From the NCBI GenBank assembly GCA_003614675.1, contig ML002214.1, forward strand, positions 1 through 64,000: a stretch of 64,000 nt of DNA, given 5' to 3'. A model generated the notes under the pieces. That model searched no databases and had not been told where the DNA came from. It saw only the letters and a program-made list of their open reading frames with translations. This document shows, in pieces, positions 1 to 11,712 of the stretch. Both the position numbers and the translations under genes were made by a program. Numbering within the stretch: the stretch's first letter is position 1; every line of letters begins with the position of its first letter. This stretch comes from Dimargaris cristalligena. Lineage: Eukaryota.

Positions 1-296
1 TTAATTTTACAAGGCCGTCGAAGAGCGAAGGAAAAGTAGCCACGGTCCTTGAGTTCGATTTACATATATATATAAATATTATTTCATTTAAAATATGTTC
101 CGCTCGAAGCGTCAGTTCACTGAGAGCCCAGAGGCGTCTCCTCCGCCCTCTCCATCCCGTCCCCGCTCTCCACTTGAACGGTTGTTTCCGGCCTCCTCCT
201 CACGGTCCGGTGCCCTACAACTCGATAGGGCCACGCTGAACCCTCCCGGATCCCCGGGCCGTGTTACTACAGGTGTACCAGGGAATAACTTTTTTT

Positions 297-2777
297 TTAC
301 GCACGCCGTTTCTTAGACTTCGGTCCTTTCAAGGCCGTAATATCACCAGACGAGAATTCGTCGGTATTAATCACGCCCCGCTTAAACGGATTCGTCATCT
401 TCTTCTGGGCCGGCTTGTTAACAGGTCTGCCCGTCTCGTGCCCTTCCCCACCTTGCTGATCCCGTTGGCGGGCGTGGGCCTTCTTCGACTGCGAAAGCTG
501 TGGGGGGGCCTTACCCTGGGCATGGGCCTTCGAACCTTGGGATCCGACAGCCGTGGGCCGGCCTTGCAGCGCAAAGGCCTTGGCCATATGACCGAGGTGC
601 AGTTGTTTGACGTGGAAAATATGCTTTTCCTTGCTGGGGTGAGTAGCGTAGGCCCGGACGGAGGATAAATAGGCGGCCTGGGCTAGCGATAGGTAGGAGG
701 CCGTAGGGGCGGATGGGTCGTCCATTGCAGACGACGACGACGATGATGATGATAATGACGCAGTAGCCGAACCAGGCCCGGCCACCCAGCGTTCACAAGC
801 CATCTGCAGGTCAGTAGCGGCCACTTCGATTTCCCGGCCCCGTCGACGCCGTTGCGCCAGAATCCGGAGCTGCTGGTCCAAAGTCGTCGCAATGGGCGAA
901 AGGCCCTGTTGTTTCAGAATCTTCAAATACTCCATTTCACTGGGGAGCAGGAAGAGGAGGGCCTCCCCCTGCCGACCGATACGGGCCGTACGGCCGATTC
1001 GGTGGACGTAGTCGGCGACTTCGGTCGGAGGGTCGAACTGGATGATCCGTTGTACGTTGGGCAGATCCAGACCGCGGGCCGCCACATCGGTACAGACGAG
1101 AACGGCGGGGGCTTTGGATTGACTGAAGCGGAAGAAGGTGTCCGTACGGATGGCCTGGGGCAGATTGCCGTGGAGGCGGTAGATGTGGACACCGGGGAGA
1201 AGTAGACTAGATTCGGCCAGGTTATAACGGGCCGAATTCTTTTTGACTAGCGCCACAGGCTCAACTGGAGTAGTATTTTCATTATCATCAGCATCATCGT
1301 CTGCTTCTTCTTCATCGCCATCCTCCTCATGTTCACCCTGGTTGGTGGTGCTGGCTTGTGCCTCGGTTGTTTTGCGAACGGCTCTACTATTACTATTGGT
1401 TGAATAGGGGGAGGCTACCCGCCCGGTTTGTAGTTCCTCAACCACGGAGGCGCGCAGGGTGACACTGGGCAGATCCACGGGCAAGTACCGACTGGTCACC
1501 GGAGGCCAGAATTTAGGACAGGGCGCCCGGCTAAGCAGAGCGTGGTGGAAATCGACGGAATCGCACGAGGATACGAAAATGATCACTTTGTTGCAAGGGG
1601 GAGGCTTGCGGTCGTCAATTAGGGGCACCGTGGCGTCGCCGTCGGGGGCGGTCTCAGTGGACCCCGCGGCGGGTTTAGGCAGAATGCGCGCGGGGAACAT
1701 GTCCATCAGAGAGGCCACCAAAGCGACCAGGCGTTGTTTGGCCGGAACTTCAATGTAGGATTGCTTCAATTGACTGGGAGCGGTATACCGGGGCTCATCG
1801 TCGCTGTCGTCATCATCATTGTCATTATTCGAATCCGAGTCGCTACCGCCAGGAGTGGTCTTCTTGCCACGCTTTCCCTCTTGCAATTCACGCAGGGCCT
1901 TGGGGGCCTTTTCGGAACCAAAGCAAATGACCGGGTTGCTCAGGGTAGCTCCGGCCAGTCGACGGACCTGGGTGGGCAGCGTCGCCGAACACAAGACGGT
2001 AATACGGGAACGGGGTAGGGCCGGCGATCGCAGGAAATAATCGCACCCGACCGTGGAGAGATCCCAGGCACCGGCGTTTTTATCGTTCCGCCGACCGCCT
2101 TTCCGTTCGTCCAAGATGGCCAGGGTTTTCTTGAGGGTCTCTTCAAAACCCAGTTCCAGTAGCCGATCGGCCTCGTCCAGCACCAACCACTTGAGGTGTT
2201 CTACTTTGAACGACTGGGTGTTTTGTAGGTGATCGAGTAAACGGCCGGGCGTCGACACGAGAACCGTGGCCCCTTTACGTAACCGGTTCTTTTCGGAACT
2301 TTTGTTCTCACCCCCGTTGACGATACCGGGCACGATCCAGTGGAACCGTTGACCCCGGGTCAGTTTCATGTTGAGGAGCGCTTCAAGTGTGCTAAAAATT
2401 TGCTTAGCCAATTCGCGGGTCGGGGCCATAATTATGGCGAAGGTCCCTAACGCACGGGAGGGACCGCCGCTACCTTTGGTATGGTTACCGGAGTTGGTGG
2501 ACTCCGGTCGGGTACTGGCCACGATGAGCCGGTGGATAATGGGTAGCAGGTAGGTCAGCGTTTTACCCGACCCCGTCTCGGCCTGCAGGAAAACGTCTCG
2601 GGGTATTTTGGGACCGGAACCCGGTTGGTAACTATCCTGAAGAAGGGCGGGGATTCCCTTGCGTTGGATACGGGTGGGTTCGCGAATGTCCATTTTGGTA
2701 TCCAAATGGATCCTAATGTCACTATCGAGACCTAAGTCACCAAAGCTGGCGATAGTGGTCGATTTGGAGTCGGGCAT
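297..2777 (-). CDS. DBP7: DEAD-box RNA helicase Dbp7/DDX31 (60S biogenesis); 5' end uncertain
   Basis: Motifs AETGSGKT, PTRELA, TPGRLLDHL, DEAD, SAT and HRIGRTAR; Dbp7-type C-terminus (VRAYATH...FHVKQLHLGHMAKAFAL) and GGENKSSEKNRLRKG. First in-frame ATG at 2777; the frame stays open to a possible acceptor AG at 2855-2856. Confidence 0.92.
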   Translation of the reverse strand: MPDSKSTTIASFGDLGLDSDIRIHLDTKMDIREPTRIQRKGIPALLQDSYQPGSGPKIPRDVFLQAETGSGKTLTYLLPIIHRLIVASTRPESTNSGNHTKGSGGPSRALGTFAIIMAPTRELAKQIFSTLEALLNMKLTRGQRFHWIVPGIVNGGENKSSEKNRLRKGATVLVSTPGRLLDHLQNTQSFKVEHLKWLVLDEADRLLELGFEETLKKTLAILDERKGGRRNDKNAGAWDLSTVGCDYFLRSPALPRSRITVLCSATLPTQVRRLAGATLSNPVICFGSEKAPKALRELQEGKRGKKTTPGGSDSDSNNDNDDDDSDDEPRYTAPSQLKQSYIEVPAKQRLVALVASLMDMFPARILPKPAAGSTETAPDGDATVPLIDDRKPPPCNKVIIFVSSCDSVDFHHALLSRAPCPKFWPPVTSRYLPVDLPSVTLRASVVEELQTGRVASPYSTNSNSRAVRKTTEAQASTTNQGEHEEDGDEEEADDDADDNENTTPVEPVALVKKNSARYNLAESSLLLPGVHIYRLHGNLPQAIRTDTFFRFSQSKAPAVLVCTDVAARGLDLPNVQRIIQFDPPTEVADYVHRIGRTARIGRQGEALLFLLPSEMEYLKILKQQGLSPIATTLDQQLRILAQRRRRGREIEVAATDLQMACERWVAGPGSATASLSSSSSSSSAMDDPSAPTASYLSLAQAAYLSSVRAYATHPSKEKHIFHVKQLHLGHMAKAFALQGRPTAVGSQGSKAHAQGKAPPQLSQSKKAHARQRDQQGGEGHETGRPVNKPAQKKMTNPFKRGVINTDEFSSGDITALKGPKSKKRRA

Positions 2778-2865
2778 GGTGGAGGACAAAGGGCGCGAAG
2801 CGTGAGTCGAGGTTATGGGGGAATGGGTCTCTCGAGTAGCGAAGGCCGAAGGATCTAGTTCGGAA

Positions 2866-2888
2866 TATATATATATATATATATATAA
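2866..2888. repeat. (TA)n microsatellite
   Basis: Direct reading of the tatatata run. Confidence 0.9.
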
Positions 2889-3332
2889 TAGGGGACGAGG
2901 ACAAAACTGTAAAGAACTAGAACAAGCCCTATTCTAACCAAAAGGGAACAGAAATTAAAATGATATATACATCATATACCTGTGCTCTGTATTATCAAAT
3001 CCAGGGCTGGCACTATTTTTTCTACTAAATAGAAGAAAAAAAAAGAAATAGGGACACTCAACTCAATCCAATTAACAGTGCGTAACTACAACGAGAGAGT
3101 AGGCGCGGCCTTTTATAGCCAAGCTTAAGGTTTCCCAGGTGTGATGCAGCCCAAAGAGTACCATGCATTTCAATTGGACCCAAGTCAATGCAGAGTCCCC
3201 TTAAATCCCTACTTCACGCCAGCCCTACCATTTTACCCATTCCCTCTTCCTTTTACCCTTAGCCTTACTCTTTATTCCAGGCGTTTAGTCCTTGTAAATT
3301 ACACCTTACGTTCCAGTGCACCTCTGTCCAAG

Positions 3333-4762
3333 ATGGATACCCACAGCGGCCGGGACTACTATACTCCCGAAAAGTCTGACGCCCTATTCCGCGCGTCGCA
3401 TAAGAAGCGCAAGCGTTCTAAGCAAATACGGATAAAACAGACTGACGGCCCACCACCGACCGATTCCGCGGCAAGCATGCAAGTCGACGGCGAACCGAAT
3501 GAAGAAGCCAACCCAGCCGAATGGGGGGACGATTCAAATATTGTGGACGACGACGACTTGCAACATGCCTTGGCTCGCACTCGGCGAGTCAAGGCCGCGC
3601 AGCGGTTCAAACCGACACTGTCCACTCCTGAACAACTGGCTGAAAGTAAGTCCCTCCTTCCCCCCCATTCTATCATTACTAGCAATTTAATATCCCTCTC
3701 ACGATGTTTCTACCCGTCCAACTCGCTTCGTATCTAACGCCCTTATTATGTGTATGATCTCCACCACCGCTACTTGCTATAGACTACCGGCAAAAGGCCG
3801 CCGCGGCGATGGACCAGGACGACACTGAGCCCGAACATGTACTTTCCGAAACGATTGACTTCGTAAATAATTTAGGTGACGTATCCCTCGTAGCCCGGAC
3901 CACCGCTCGGACTGAACCTTCGACCCCATCCATATTAGCTATGAATCCCGTGGATACCACTGAACCGTCTGGGGCTTCAACCACACCGACTGCTGTCTCC
4001 GCTCAACCCGCATCCCCACATGATGTAGCAGCGACCCCAGTCCCCCCACCTTCTATCACCCACTCCAGCACTAGCGCTGGTACCACCACGAGTGTGGCCG
4101 ATATACCAACGGAAGAACAAGCGGGAGTTTCCGTAACCGAACAGGAGCCCCTCGTCAGCGACGGCCTGGCCGCGACGCTAGCCCTTCTAAACCAAAAGGG
4201 CATTATCAAATCCAAAACGGAGGCCGAACTCCGCCAGGAACGCGACTACCAAAGCCGCCAGGCCTGGATAGCCGAACAGCGTCGCAAGGACCGGCAACGT
4301 GAAATGGATGAGCTCCACGAACGGGAAGAACGCCGCCGAACCCGGGGCAAGGAACCCCAGCGCCGTGGCCACGAGGCCGAACAACGCCGTGAGGCTGAAG
4401 CGAGCCAGCGCGATCGGGAGCGGGCCCGCGAGATTCAGGAACGTATGCGGGACTATAAACCCGACGTGCGTTTAGAATACGCCGACGAATACGGGCAGTC
4501 CCTCACCCCCAAGGAAGCCTTCAAGCAACTGTCGCATAAATTCCACGGCAAATACTCCGGGAAAACGAAAACCGAGAAACGGCTGCGGAAAATGGAACAG
4601 GAACGGAAACGGCTGGCTACCAACAGTACCGATACACCCCTGCAGTTGGCCTCGATCTTCCAGCAGCAGCAGGAGGCTTCCGGAAGTGCCTATGTGGTGC
4701 TGTCGACGGGTAATAAATTGGGCGTGAATAACCTGGATTTCGCCCCAAATCAGAAAGACTAA
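3333..4762 (+). CDS. SNU66: SART1/Snu66 U4/U6.U5 tri-snRNP protein, C-terminal half; exons 3333-3645 and 3783-4762
   Basis: DYYTPE..F...KKRK, DDDDLQHALARTRR, EPLVSDGLAATLALLNQKG and YKPDVRLEYADEYGQSLTPKEAFKQLSHKFHGKYSGKTKTEKRLRK. GTAAGT..TAG intron 3646-3782 joins the frames (A|AC). Confidence 0.85.
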
Positions 4763-5400
4763 GCAGGGCGACACGACACAATCCACATCCACGCGTGCCT
4801 TCCCATTATCCGAACACTTGAATGTCAGTTGCTTTACACCAAATATAAAACCCGAGTTTGTTAAAAAGAACAATCTGAAATTTAACCTGAATTAATCAAT
4901 AGTATATTTTTTGCTAACGTTTGGATAAATAATGACACCATTTTAGAAAGCACATCTACTCAGGCATTACACAGGCCTCCCCTATCCTAGTTCAATTTTA
5001 CAACCGAGTTTCCTTCTAACACCGCACTTGACTGTGGCATGAAACGATGTTTCCATATATGCACCGAACTAAGATTAGCCGATATTTTAGACGGCATTCG
5101 AATGAAATAGGTGTAAAATCATTATTGGGTAAAGGCGGGGTGCTGTGGCCCACTGTGGATAAGCCAACGTTAGGCCGACCTGATTTAAGATGGTCAAATA
5201 TATCTATAGTGAAAGGGGGGGTAAAAAAGGTGGCAGTAAGGCAGGAAAGCTTCCCTCTGCCGGTATTTTTGAAAGTAGCCTGATTACGAGGAGATCTATT
5301 TTGGTTTTGGGAAATTCGGGAGACTCCATCTGTGGATCGGGTCGTTAATTTATGGTTTTGGTTTCTTGGGAAAATTAGGGGACCCTTCTCTTCAATGAAT

Positions 5401-7138
5401 TTACAAAAAATCGATACCCAGGCCGAACTGCCAGCCCTGGCGGGCCTGGTCCCAGGTACTCTTGGTCAGGGGTAGACAGAGATTGAGTTCGAGGCGGAAC
5501 AAGCCGTGGTGGAACAGGAGACCAGCACCAACGGAAGAAGTGGGGCGGGCCAACGAGCCAACGAGGGCCTCGCGAATGGATTCGTCTGTAGAGGTACGTG
5601 GGGGTAAATTATCAGATGAAGGGTAGAGTTGATCACAGAGCCAGGGCAGTGGTTAGTCGAGTTACATTATCTATATTGTTGGTCCAAATTACTTACCAAT
5701 ATGGGGTGAAGCAGTTCTAGATGGGACGCCAAGGAAGAAACAATATCCCTGCCTACCGAGACTAAAGGGTATGCTATCATCAAAATCAGGACTTACTCTT
5801 TGACAAGGCGCTTAGACCACCGGCATTGGCCCACAAGTGGCCTTTAAGTTTATCGGAATCAATGACAGGTAGCGGGGTGAAAAGGCTCACACCGGTCGAC
5901 CAGAAGACATCCCCACCGAGGGCATCACATCCGTCCCGGGGGCCGACACCAAACGGCCGGAAGCCGCGCAGAGAGGTAGGCCCCCCGAGCAGGAACCGAT
6001 CGGGGATCCGCGAGGAAGCCCCGTTCACCGGTTTGAGGGCGCCAATTCGGCCCGTGGTGGATACCGAGAAGCCCGAGCCTAGCCGTTCGTTGACCTGACC
6101 GTGCGCTTCACCCTTGAGGAACTCCACATTACCCCCGATACCCGCCAGTTCGGTATGTAGCTTCCACATGTAGCCCGTCGTGGGCAAGGCGGCATTGTCC
6201 CGGCGATCCGCGAAGATGGTGCCGAAAATGGCGGATTTAAGGTCCTGGTCGGCGTCCTGGCGGATACTGGGGGAGGCCCGTTCGCCGAGCTGGGTGATTT
6301 GCCGCCACACGGCGGTATAGCCCAGCTCGGTGGTAAACCGGGGGAGGTTGGATTTGAGCGCCACCGTTAAACCGCGGAGGAGCTGATCGTGCGAGCCGGT
6401 GGCCTGGAAGTTTTGGTTTTGCTGGTAGAGGGCCAGGTCGAACATCCGGTAGGGGTTAGCGCCGAGGGGGATGGTGAGGTTAGCTTGTTGGGATAGCCGG
6501 GTACGTGTGCCCACCGATCCGGACAGAGCCAACCGTTCTCCCCCGCCGAACAGATTACGGAAGGTGGCGGAGGTATGGGCACTTCCTTCACTATTGCCCA
6601 GCTCGGTACCGGTCCGGGCCCAGAACCGGCCCTTTTCCTTGGCCTTGATGATCACGTCCACGCTATGGTCCGCGGCTAACGGGCCGCTGGCTAAGTCCAT
6701 GGTGACTTGGAAATCCTGCATAATCTCGAGCTGTTCCAAACGGCAGCAGGCCTGGTGGACGGCCTGGGTGACGGACTCGAAGGTTTGGGCGGCCAAAGCC
6801 GGGGCGAGTACCTGGCGGACCACGCTCTCCCGGGTACGCAGGGCCCCTTCGACCTGGATACTATTGATACGGAGAGGTATCCCTTCCGACGCCGGGGTCT
6901 GGGTAGGTAGTCCGTTGGGGAGGATATACAGAAAGTGAATGGGGACAATTCATAAGGTACATTGAGGTTAGTTGAGCGCCCGATTGAAGCTGATTCTCAG
7001 TGGCTGGGTGGGGGAGTACAATGGGTAGTGCCCAAAAGGGGGAAAGGATGGGTTACTCGATGGACGGGACATCCCCTCCTATACAGATCCCCCTGGGTTG
7101 GCCGGACTTACTTTTGCCTGGGATCCCATAGTGGCCAT
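5401..7138 (-). CDS. SAM50: Sam50/Tob55 mitochondrial outer-membrane Omp85 beta-barrel; exons 7138-7112, 6898-5797, 5585-5401
   Basis: POTRA start (RINSIQVEGALRTRE), FRNLFGGGERL, DRFLLGGPTSLRGF..GVGPR and terminal beta-signal QFGLGIDFL*. Both introns are GTAAGT..CAG and in frame. Confidence 0.93.
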
Positions 7139-8281
7139 GGTGAATAAATAAACGAATGGTTAAATTAAGGGGAGGATTGGGTAGAGATAAGCCCATGTGC
7201 TGAGTCTGTTGCGAGTTGGGGCTATCCGCGCTCTAATGTGGTAGAATGGGCATACTTGGGTGGAGTAGAGTTGAGGAGGGGCGGGAATGGTTGTCTTGAA
7301 GGGAAGGCTTTGGTTGGCTGGCTGGGCCAATGGCAGGCCCGGAGTCCTATCCCGCAGAATTGTGCTATTTAAACCTTATGGGGGCTTTTCTAAATGGGAA
7401 CTGTGGAAGCAAGCCTAGCCAGGTTCAAATATCCAAAAGCCCACATGCTTAACAGTTTAATAATGGCAGAAGCCGGCCCCAGATAATTATATTTAAACCG
7501 CTCCAAGCGCCGCCCTGCCCGAAGCAGAATTACGGTTAAACCAACATGATCTATTTAGAACCTTTATTGTACCTCACAACTTTCTTTCAGAAGCAAAGTC
7601 AAGTTAAAACCCCCTAAAGTCATTCCAATAATACATGGCCAGGAAATGACTATATTTGGCCATACTGGAATGCAACAGTATAGGTGATGATAGGCTGGAG
7701 TCTAGAGAAGTCGGTATAACCCATTACTGACAATTTAGATACGGAAACCACCACCTACTTTAGCTGTACCTTAAGGTCCTGAAATGGTAGGATATAGATT
7801 GGTGTAAGTTACTTCCACCATACGTATGGCCTTAGCCATTAACCACATGTCAGATTGCATGTCCCTCCTTCTTCGCCAGCCAGACACAATGCAGTTAGTT
7901 GTATTGTGCACCATAGAGTTTGTATTAGATGCTGCTGCGCCATGGCTGTTTTCCTGATGCCAGTGGATAGCTAGCCAGCTGGCTTTTTCAGCCATGAAGA
8001 AGATGTTTGTCATTGAATCAACCGTAGCTAGTAAGTAGTACACTACTGGCTGTATCACCACCCCCTACTAGAGAGAGCTTCGTGTCGGTCTGAATGAAGG
8101 CTGATTTGTAGCTATCACTAGTAAAGAAGGGCAAAGAACAATCAACCATTGCAGAGAGGGGTGTAAATCCAACACGTGACCTCAATTGAGCGAGGCAGCC
8201 CAATCCTATTTTTTTCATTACAGAGAGGATCCACGGTTGGGGCAGTGATTGGATGGGCTGCCTCCATATACACCCAGCGAA

Positions 8282-8292
8282 TGAAAAATTTT
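8282..8292 (+). promoter_or_regulatory. RRPE-like element (TGAAAAATTTT) upstream of eEF1-gamma
   Basis: Exact match to the fungal RRPE consensus ~200 bp before the ATG of a translation-factor gene. Confidence 0.4.
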
Positions 8293-8496
8293 AGAATGCT
8301 GTTTGGGTGTGGAAAAGCGACGCCACTGCCCACGCACCATTGGCTATTTCGCATACCGCGGCAATCCCCCGTTAACGCATATAACCGGCGCTGGCGCTGC
8401 TTCCGTCGAAACTACTTTACCTATCTTTTCTTCCTTTTGGTCTATTCTTTACTTTACTTTTACATTTGTTGGATAACTCCTTCTATCTACTTCACC

Positions 8497-10008
8497 ATGT
8501 CTTCCGTCGGTACCCTCTACTCTCCCCTGGTCAACTTCCGCGCCTACAAGGCCCGCGTTGCCGCCGAATACAACGACCTTAAAATCGACCTCACCCCCGA
8601 GTACACCAGTGAAACCCGGGCTAGCGCCGAGTACTTGGCCAAGTTCCCCCTGGGCAAGTCCCCCGGCTTCACCACTGCTGACGGCCAGAACATCTTCGAC
8701 AGCAATGCCATCGCCTACTACCGTAAGTCTTTTATTCCTTTATTATGGTTAAGTGGTTCATGTTCCCGAAGTCGGATATGATGATGATTTATCAAGTTAT
8801 CCCTGTCTGAGTATTGGTAATATTTAAAATATAAAAAACCCTGCTGATAATACTTGTTCTGATCCTACTTTCACCCAACCGGTGATTCCGGGTGCAGTAC
8901 CTGGGTGAATGTTGTAACTAATCTTGGCCTGTTTTGGTATTCTTAAACTATACCCCATCCAACTCACTTCTCCTTAGTCGCCGGTCTGAAGAAGGATACC
9001 CAGCTTCTGGGCAAGGACCACCTCGAGACCACCCAAATCGTGCAGTTCATGATGTTCGCCGAATCCGAGCTGGTCTCCCCTCTGATGACCTGGTTCCTCC
9101 CCATCCTCGGCTTCGTTCCCTACAACCGACCCGTGGTCACCAAGGCCAAGGAGGAGGCCGTCCGCGCCCTCACCTTCCTGAACAACGTCCTCCTCGACCG
9201 CACCTTCCTGGTCGGCGAGCGCGTCACCCTGGCTGATATCGTCGTCGTCTGCAACATGATCGTCGCCTACAAGCGCGCTTTCGACCCCAAGTTCCGTGCT
9301 CCCTTCAAGAACTTGAACCGCTACTTCCTGACTGTCGTCAACCAGCCCCAGTTCGCCAAGATCATTGGCGCCGTTGAGCTGTGCAGCGAAGAGCCCGTCA
9401 TGGCCGCCCCCAAGAAGGAGCCCAAGGCCAAGAAGGAAGCCGCTAAGCCCAAGGCCGAAGCTGCCCCCAAGAAGGAGGCCGCCCCTGCCCCCGCTCAAGA
9501 CGACGAGGAGGAGAAGCCCGCCGCCCCCAAGGGCAAGAACCCCTTGGACTTGCTCCCCCCCTCCCCCTTCAACCTGGAGGACTGGAAGCGCTTCTACTCC
9601 AACAACGACACCAAGCCCGCCGCCATGAACTACTTCTGGGAGCACTTCGATCCCGAGGGTTTCTCCCTGTGGAAGGTCAACTTCAAGTACAACGACGAGC
9701 TGACCCGCACTTACATGTCTAACAACCAGATTGGTGGTTTCTTCGCCCGTCTGGAGCGTGCCCGCAAGTATGCTTTCGGTTCCCTGCTGGTGCTCGGTAC
9801 CGACAACGACAACGAGATCAGCGGCTACTTCGTCGTCCGCGGTCAGGAGGTCCCTTACGAAATCTACGATGCCGCTGATTACGAGTCGTACGATTTCGCC
9901 AAGGTCGACCCCACTGACGCCAAGATCAAGGAGGAAGTCGGTGACTACTTCGCCTGGGAAGGCCCTACCCTGCCCAAGCCTTGCGCCGACGGTAAGGTGT
10001 TCAAGTAA
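8497..10008 (+). CDS. TEF4: Translation elongation factor 1-gamma (eEF1Bgamma); exons 8497-8722 and 8978-10008
   Basis: GST-N (YLAKFPLGKSP, FDSNAIAYY), GST-C (TFLVGERVTLADI), K/A/P-rich linker and EF1G domain (FNLEDWKRFYSN, DGKVFK*). Strong C-ending codon bias; intron 8723-8977. Confidence 0.97.
8774..8865 (+). ncRNA. snR38: Box C/D snoRNA, snR38/SNORD1 family, intronic in eEF1-gamma
   Basis: C box TGATGA 8779-8784; guide AGTTATCCCTGT 8795-8806 (complementary to LSU rRNA ACAGGGATAACT) directly before D' CTGA; C'-like TGATAA; D box CTGA 8859-8862; terminal GGA/TCC stem. Confidence 0.88.
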
Positions 10009-11340
10009 ACACTCTCTTTACCCAACCCGGTTAATCACCTGCACATAATGTGGGGGATGGTGTCACATACTTCCTCTGGCAATATCCCGGTGAGCTGAAT
10101 TTTACGTTGGTTGGTTTCCACCGGAATCTGTCAATCCCGTCGTATAATTCAGTAATTGTAAAATGTTAAACTTAATAAAGTCTCCCCTACGAGCTTTTGT
10201 ATCTTAAACGAGGCCATATGATTATGGTAGTTGATAACGAGCAGTGTCCTCGCTGAAGGGGGGGGATATATTCTTAATTTGAAGTAGTGATAAATTGAGG
10301 CTGCCATTGTCTCCAGCTATTATACCCGTTTGTTCTGCTTGATTACATTTCCCCCTTTTTAAATACTGACGCGGAGAGGCACAGTTGTCGTTAACGTCAA
10401 TGTATTTGCTTAGTTGCAAGATAATGATAGTCCTTGTATTTTATTGCATGCTGTGTTTTATTAAATCATCTAGTTTCACTAAAACGCGGGGCGTATGGTT
10501 AAACCGGGCCACCGTTTATAGAAAAAATATACTATACCTCGCGGTCAGTGAGTGGGTCAAAGATCCCGGAAGCGTGATCGGCTGCCATTAGTTCAAAAGA
10601 GGCGTGTTACCTGATTAAGGAGGGGCACGCTTAGGGCAGGTGAAACTGGTTTACATGAGATGTCTTGGGGATGTGATGCCTTTGTTAAATGGTGATGTAT
10701 AAAAGCTCACCTAGAGCAAATTCATAATTTGGCTGCGTAAATATAAGTACTGTACATTCCAAGGAATGAAGGCAACCAACTCCTGCGCAATAGTGGTAAA
10801 TGAATAATAAATCCCCTTTCGCAATCAATATGATCAGTGGTAATAATTAAATATGTATGCATTCTACTCCACAATACGACGCTTTGGAGGGTGGGTAGGT
10901 ATCCTTGAATACAGAACAATTGATTTATCTCAAAAAAATTAATAAGAAAAAATAGAAACTGGCGTTTAATGAAAATAGCTACGAATTATTCGAAGGTTTA
11001 ATGAAAAGTCATATAAAACTATATGAGATGGATATGGTTAAAGACATGCTAAATGAGGGGGGCGATCCGATTTAAAAACAGGACGGGATAAACTAAACTA
11101 ATGAGCGTGGTGGTAGATGGGTGTGTGTATGTTTACGTCGCAAGAGTAATTGTGGCTCGATGCTTCCGGGCCGGATAGGCTATTGTGAGGATACCCAGTT
11201 GCCTGTCCCAACCTTGGCCATTACAATTGAATCAGCAGTGGTGCCTTGTTGCCCTGCTTATCAGATAAAGTAAGTTTTATTTGAAGTGAATCTAAGGCAG
11301 GCGACCTTTTAGTCATAATTTGCCATCTACAGGGAACATC

Positions 11341-11478
11341 TGGGTGAAGTTCAGCTTGGTTATATAAGGGTTTAACTATTATGTGTATGGGAAAATCGGT
11401 GGGATGTTTATTTTCAACCAGTAGTATTTGCCTTATCAAATGGATTTTTCGTTATACAGCCTGGTTGAACTACTCCCA
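11341..11478 (-). mobile_element. 138-bp MITE, copy 1
   Basis: TGGG...CCCA termini with ~27-bp imperfect TIRs; near reverse complement of 54784-54921; TA on the right flank, left TA mutated to TC. Confidence 0.85.
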
Positions 11479-11712
11479 TATTAAAGGATAGATGGCTCAA
11501 AAACCCTCAAAGGCTATAAATAAAGAGGGAAAGGATAGGAGGTAGAATAATGAACAGACCCTGGAAAGAAACCAGGCCCTTATGACAACTAACCCATTAA
11601 GCTGGACAGGGGTTATTGTTTTTGTCAGTGCCCCACTTATCAAATAGATGTTGGCTAGGCACTATAAGACTGATGGGGCTGGCTTTTGGCAGCAAATAGG
11701 GACTTCAGTAAC

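Noticed and set aside
5309-5320. GGGAAATTCGG resembling RNase P CR-I
   Set aside because: Lies antisense in the SAM50 3' region; no P4 partner or CR-V motif found.
5697-5716. 20-nt AG..GTAAGT micro-exon inside SAM50 intron 2 (- strand)
   Set aside because: Direct splicing 5797 to 5585 is already in frame; inclusion would frameshift, and no upstream branch point is evident.
7771-8150. Short ORFs or possible decayed coding/TE remnant between SAM50 and eEF1-gamma
   Set aside because: Multiple stops and no recognisable motif in any frame.
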